This document shows, piece by piece, positions 34,845 to 38,324 of a stretch of 38,324 bases of DNA. A program made the position numbers and the translations under genes. The notes beneath the pieces were generated by a model, which ran no database searches, was not told the origin of the DNA, and saw only the letters and a program-made list of their open reading frames with translations. The stretch covers positions 1-38,324 of the forward strand of contig DAOWET010000001.1 of assembly GCA_030638335.1 (NCBI GenBank), read 5' to 3'. This DNA is from Nitrospirota bacterium. GTDB taxonomy: Bacteria > Nitrospirota > Thermodesulfovibrionia > Thermodesulfovibrionales > JdFR-86. The stretch's first letter is position 1; every line of letters starts with the position of its first letter.

Positions 34845-36319
34845 CAGCCCCCCTTCTCCATCGAGTGTATGGCCTCGCGGGCCACCTCGATGTCGCTGAA
34901 CATGGTGCGCACACCGGAGATTTCCTGGTAATCCTCATGGCCCTTGCCCGCTATAAGGACAGTGTCCCCGGGAGATGCTTCAGCCATGGCCGCATGTATC
35001 GCTTTAGCGCGGTCCGGCTCTACCATGTAATTGCCGTTTCCTGCACCGCGAACAATATCCTCAATGATCGTCTCCGGGTCCTCGCTGCGCGGGTTGTCCG
35101 AAGTGATTATGCTGAGATCGCTCAACTGGGTTGCCGCAGCCCCCATTACGGGCCTCTTTGCCTTGTCCCTGTCTCCCCCACAGCCAAAGACCGTGATAAC
35201 CCTGCCGCCCTTGCGGGTAAACTCGCGCGCGCTCTCGATCAGCCTACTGAGGGCGTCTCCGGTATGGGCAAAATCGATGATACAGAGGAATCCCTGACCT
35301 TCCTCCACCTTCATGAACCTCCCATTAACTGCACCGGCCTTTGAGATCGCTGAAAGGGCCTCTGGCATATCAAACCCCAGAGACACACAGGCCCCGGCTG
35401 CGGCCAGGATGTTCCAGACATTGGGGCGCCCAAGCATAGAGGTCCTGACCTCATGGCTCCGGCCCTCGAAAGATACGGTGAAGCTGAGCCCCTCCTGAGC
35501 ACTGTGTATATCGCGTGCCACTATGTCCGCATCCTCCGTGGTTGCGTAAGTGATGACCTTTCCTTCACATAACCGGGCAAGCTCGCGCCCATAGGGGTCG
35601 TCCACGTTAATGATCGCCGGCCCATCGAGGAGTTCAAGGAAGAGCCTGCTTTTGGCTCTAAAATACTCTTCCATCGTGTGATGGAAATCCAGGTGCTCGC
35701 CTGTGAGGTTCGTGAACACCGCCGAGGCAAACCTTGTTGAGTCAGCCCTCCTCTGGGCAAGGGCATGGCTTGATACCTCTGAGGCCACGTGCGTGCAACC
35801 TGCCTTGAGCATCTCGGCCAGCAGGCCCTGGAACTCCGGCGCTTCGGGCGTTGTGAAGGGAGCCGGGAGGGTCTTGTCCCCAATAAAGTAATTGATCGTG
35901 CCCACCATGCCTACCTTCTTCCCTGCGGCCGACAGGGCGGAGCGCATCATATGTGCAGTGGTGGTCTTGCCGTTTGTGCCCGTGATACCCACAACATCCA
36001 TGCGCTCTGATGGGCGGCCATGGAACACGCTCGAAAGATGGGCAAGCGCGCTCCTTGCCCCTGCTACCCCGACATAAGGTGTCTGCGTGTCCATCGCCTC
36101 CGGACGCGTTGGGCCCTCTGCAACTACGGCTGAGGCGCCTTTTAGAAGGACATCACCTATGTAGGCGGCCCCATCGAAGCTCTCGCCCCTGAGCGCCACA
36201 AAGACATCTCCGGCCTCAAGCCTGCGCGAGTCGTACGCAACCCCGGCGACTTCCACGTCAACCTGTCCGCTTATGCTGTCCACGCCTTTCATGGCCTCTA
36301 TCATCTCCCCGAGCCTCAT
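34844..36319 (-). CDS. murE: UDP-MurNAc-dipeptide--meso-DAP ligase
   Basis: TGTNGKTT, TTPE, EVSSH, FGCGGDRD, DNPR (meso-DAP-type) and AGKGHE. Confidence 0.97.
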   Translation of the reverse strand: MRLGEMIEAMKGVDSISGQVDVEVAGVAYDSRRLEAGDVFVALRGESFDGAAYIGDVLLKGASAVVAEGPTRPEAMDTQTPYVGVAGARSALAHLSSVFHGRPSERMDVVGITGTNGKTTTAHMMRSALSAAGKKVGMVGTINYFIGDKTLPAPFTTPEAPEFQGLLAEMLKAGCTHVASEVSSHALAQRRADSTRFASAVFTNLTGEHLDFHHTMEEYFRAKSRLFLELLDGPAIINVDDPYGRELARLCEGKVITYATTEDADIVARDIHSAQEGLSFTVSFEGRSHEVRTSMLGRPNVWNILAAAGACVSLGFDMPEALSAISKAGAVNGRFMKVEEGQGFLCIIDFAHTGDALSRLIESAREFTRKGGRVITVFGCGGDRDKAKRPVMGAAATQLSDLSIITSDNPRSEDPETIIEDIVRGAGNGNYMVEPDRAKAIHAAMAEASPGDTVLIAGKGHEDYQEISGVRTMFSDIEVAREAIHSMEKGG

Positions 36320-36323
36320 TGAC

Positions 36324-38033
36324 CTAGAAATCCCCGTTCCTGACCAGAAGGATGTTCTTGTCCCGGAAATCGTCCCTTGGCACGTTCATGTAAGCCAGTG
36401 CCTGCGAAGCTATAGCACTGAACGCAGGGGCTGCCACACGTCCGCCGTAGTACTGCTTCTTTGGCTCGAACACCACAACTACAAGGGCAAAGCGGGGATT
36501 GTCAGCCGGCACAAAACCCACAAAGGAACTTACATAACGTTCATGGGAGTACTCTCCAGAGTCAGGGTCGATAAGCCTGGTGGTGCCGGTCTTGCCAGCC
36601 ACGAGGTTTCCGCTCACCGCCGCCTCGCGCGCGGTGCCGCCCTCCTGGGTCACGGAGATCAGGATGTCCTTCAGGATGTTGGTCGTATGGGTGGAGATTA
36701 TCTGGTCACCGAGGCCGGGATTGAACTGCTTGAGAACCGTACCGTCAGATGCCACCACCTCTCTGACCACATGCGGAGAAACAAGCCAGCCGCCGTTTGC
36801 AACCACGGCGTATGCCCTCAGGATCTGAAGCGGGGTGACCGCGACCTCGTATCCGATGCTTATTGCGGCTTGGGATGTCTCAGACCATCGCTTGGAATCC
36901 CTCACTATGCCCGGGGCCTCCCCTGGCAGGTCCACGCCCGTGCGAGAGCCGAACCCGAACTTGCTGATGTAGTCATGGAAGGTGCGGTTGTCCAGCAGGC
37001 TGCCCATCTGGATCGTCCCCACGTTTGAGGAGGTCTTGATCACCTCTGTAAACAGAATCCTGTCCTGGCGTCTGGAATCGTACACCCTCATGGGCCCCAC
37101 GTCGATGAAACCATCGCTTACGTCAAACTCCGTGTGCGGGGTAACCACTTCCTCTTCAAGCACGGCAGCTGCCGTCACCACCTTGAAAGTGGAGCCCGGC
37201 TCATACGGGTCGGTAATTGCCCGGTTTCTGCGGCTTGAGATCCTGGAGCCGCCGGGGTCATTGAGGTCATAGGTGGGCCTGCTTGCCATGGCGAGTATCT
37301 CGCCGTTATAAGGGTCCATCATGATAGCGATGGCAGAGGCCGCTTCCCATTTCTCGATCGCGTCATCCAGTGCCTGCTCGGAGATATACTGAAGCCCCTC
37401 GTCTATGGTGAGCACAAGCCCGTTGCCCCGGCTCTGCACATCCAGGCCCTCGGAGAGCGTTCTTCCGGCAGCGTCCTTTGAGACAAGGATCTTCTTGACC
37501 TCTCCTTGCAGGTCCTCGTTATATTCAAGCTCCACCCCCTCAAGGGGCTGGTTATCCACTCCCACAAAACCGATAAGGTGCGAGGCGAGCCTTCCCTTTG
37601 GATACAGCCTCTTGGACTCCGGGAGGAAACCCACCCCCTCAAGTCCCAGGCCCCTCAGGCGCTCGGCAGGCGCGGCCTCCATCTTGCGCTTTATCCATAC
37701 GAAATTCCTGTTTGACCGCAGAGAGGCCAGCACACGGTCGTAACTGCGTCCTGTAGCGTCTGAAAGCGCTGAGGATACCGCACCCGGGCTCTGAACTCTG
37801 AAAGGCCTGCCGTATACTGAGTAGGAGTCAACGTTCACGGCCAGAGCCCTGCCGCGCCTGTCAAGGATCAGGCCGCGGTTTACGGAGACGTCCACCTGCA
37901 CCTGCTGCTGATTGCGCGCCTTGGCGGCCAGGGCATCATGGTCCAGAAGCATCAGGTCAGCAAGACGAATGCCTACCAGCAGAAAGCCGAACATCACTGC
38001 TGTGCTCAGTACTGCCGCGCGCTTGCTCTCCAT
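36324..38033 (-). CDS. ftsI: Class B penicillin-binding protein (PBP3)
   Basis: RG.ILDR, R.YP.G, SxxK (EPGSTFK), SxN (SSN) and KTG. Confidence 0.95.
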   Translation of the reverse strand: MESKRAAVLSTAVMFGFLLVGIRLADLMLLDHDALAAKARNQQQVQVDVSVNRGLILDRRGRALAVNVDSYSVYGRPFRVQSPGAVSSALSDATGRSYDRVLASLRSNRNFVWIKRKMEAAPAERLRGLGLEGVGFLPESKRLYPKGRLASHLIGFVGVDNQPLEGVELEYNEDLQGEVKKILVSKDAAGRTLSEGLDVQSRGNGLVLTIDEGLQYISEQALDDAIEKWEAASAIAIMMDPYNGEILAMASRPTYDLNDPGGSRISSRRNRAITDPYEPGSTFKVVTAAAVLEEEVVTPHTEFDVSDGFIDVGPMRVYDSRRQDRILFTEVIKTSSNVGTIQMGSLLDNRTFHDYISKFGFGSRTGVDLPGEAPGIVRDSKRWSETSQAAISIGYEVAVTPLQILRAYAVVANGGWLVSPHVVREVVASDGTVLKQFNPGLGDQIISTHTTNILKDILISVTQEGGTAREAAVSGNLVAGKTGTTRLIDPDSGEYSHERYVSSFVGFVPADNPRFALVVVVFEPKKQYYGGRVAAPAFSAIASQALAYMNVPRDDFRDKNILLVRNGDF

Positions 38034-38323
38034 TAATCCGCTCTCCCCTGTCTTGTCTCTGAGGCCTGTCTCACAGAGACATAGTCACGCTTTACGTAAA
38101 CAACACGTTCCCTGTCAGGTATGCTCAGCGCCAGGCCCTTGTCCCGCATGTGCTGGATGGAGCGTAAAGAAAAAAGCTCCGCCTCCATGGTTTTTCTTTC
38201 CTTGAGGGCCTGTGCCTTGCGGCTCTCCAGCTCTCCTATCTGGTATTCGAGCGTCGTAATGCCGGAGACCGTCCATACAATTCCGAATATCCCGGCAAAA
38301 AGCGTCAAGGCAAGCACAAAGGT
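38033..38323 (-). CDS. ftsL: Cell division protein FtsL-like (5'-truncated by window edge)
   Basis: TM helix followed by coiled coil, directly upstream of ftsI; reading frame open to the window edge. Confidence 0.7.
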   Translation of the reverse strand, partial: TFVLALTLFAGIFGIVWTVSGITTLEYQIGELESRKAQALKERKTMEAELFSLRSIQHMRDKGLALSIPDRERVVYVKRDYVSVRQASETRQGRAD

Positions 38324-38324
38324 C

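Overview
A bacterial chromosomal window of mostly housekeeping genes at moderately high GC. Gene content and order suggest Nitrospirota (Thermodesulfovibrionia-like) or a related deltaproteobacteria-like lineage; this is inference. Left part: truA, a conserved hypothetical protein, a lower-GC SGNH hydrolase, argS, a coiled-coil/Zn-ribbon protein, ilvE, a small secreted TPR-like protein, a ~1240-aa secreted NHL/FN3/transglutaminase-like/TPR protein and a NosL-like protein. Middle: rseC-like, an EF-G paralog, an STN-like protein, ileS and lspA, convergent with ilvB-ilvN. Right part: a dcw cluster from ftsL (partial) to ftsZ on the minus strand. No rRNA, tRNA, CRISPR array, transposase or integrase was recognised. 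The most notable signals are: (1) three ~100-nt hairpin elements with the same internal-loop architecture, compensatory base changes and strand-specific G-U pairs, each folding antisense to and abutting a gene's 3' end; (2) a decayed duplicate of the argS promoter and first codons on the far side of the SGNH gene; (3) recurring leaderless promoter geometry; (4) an AT-rich mosaic patch in the IleRS editing domain; (5) the large secreted putative cysteine enzyme with its small partner gene.
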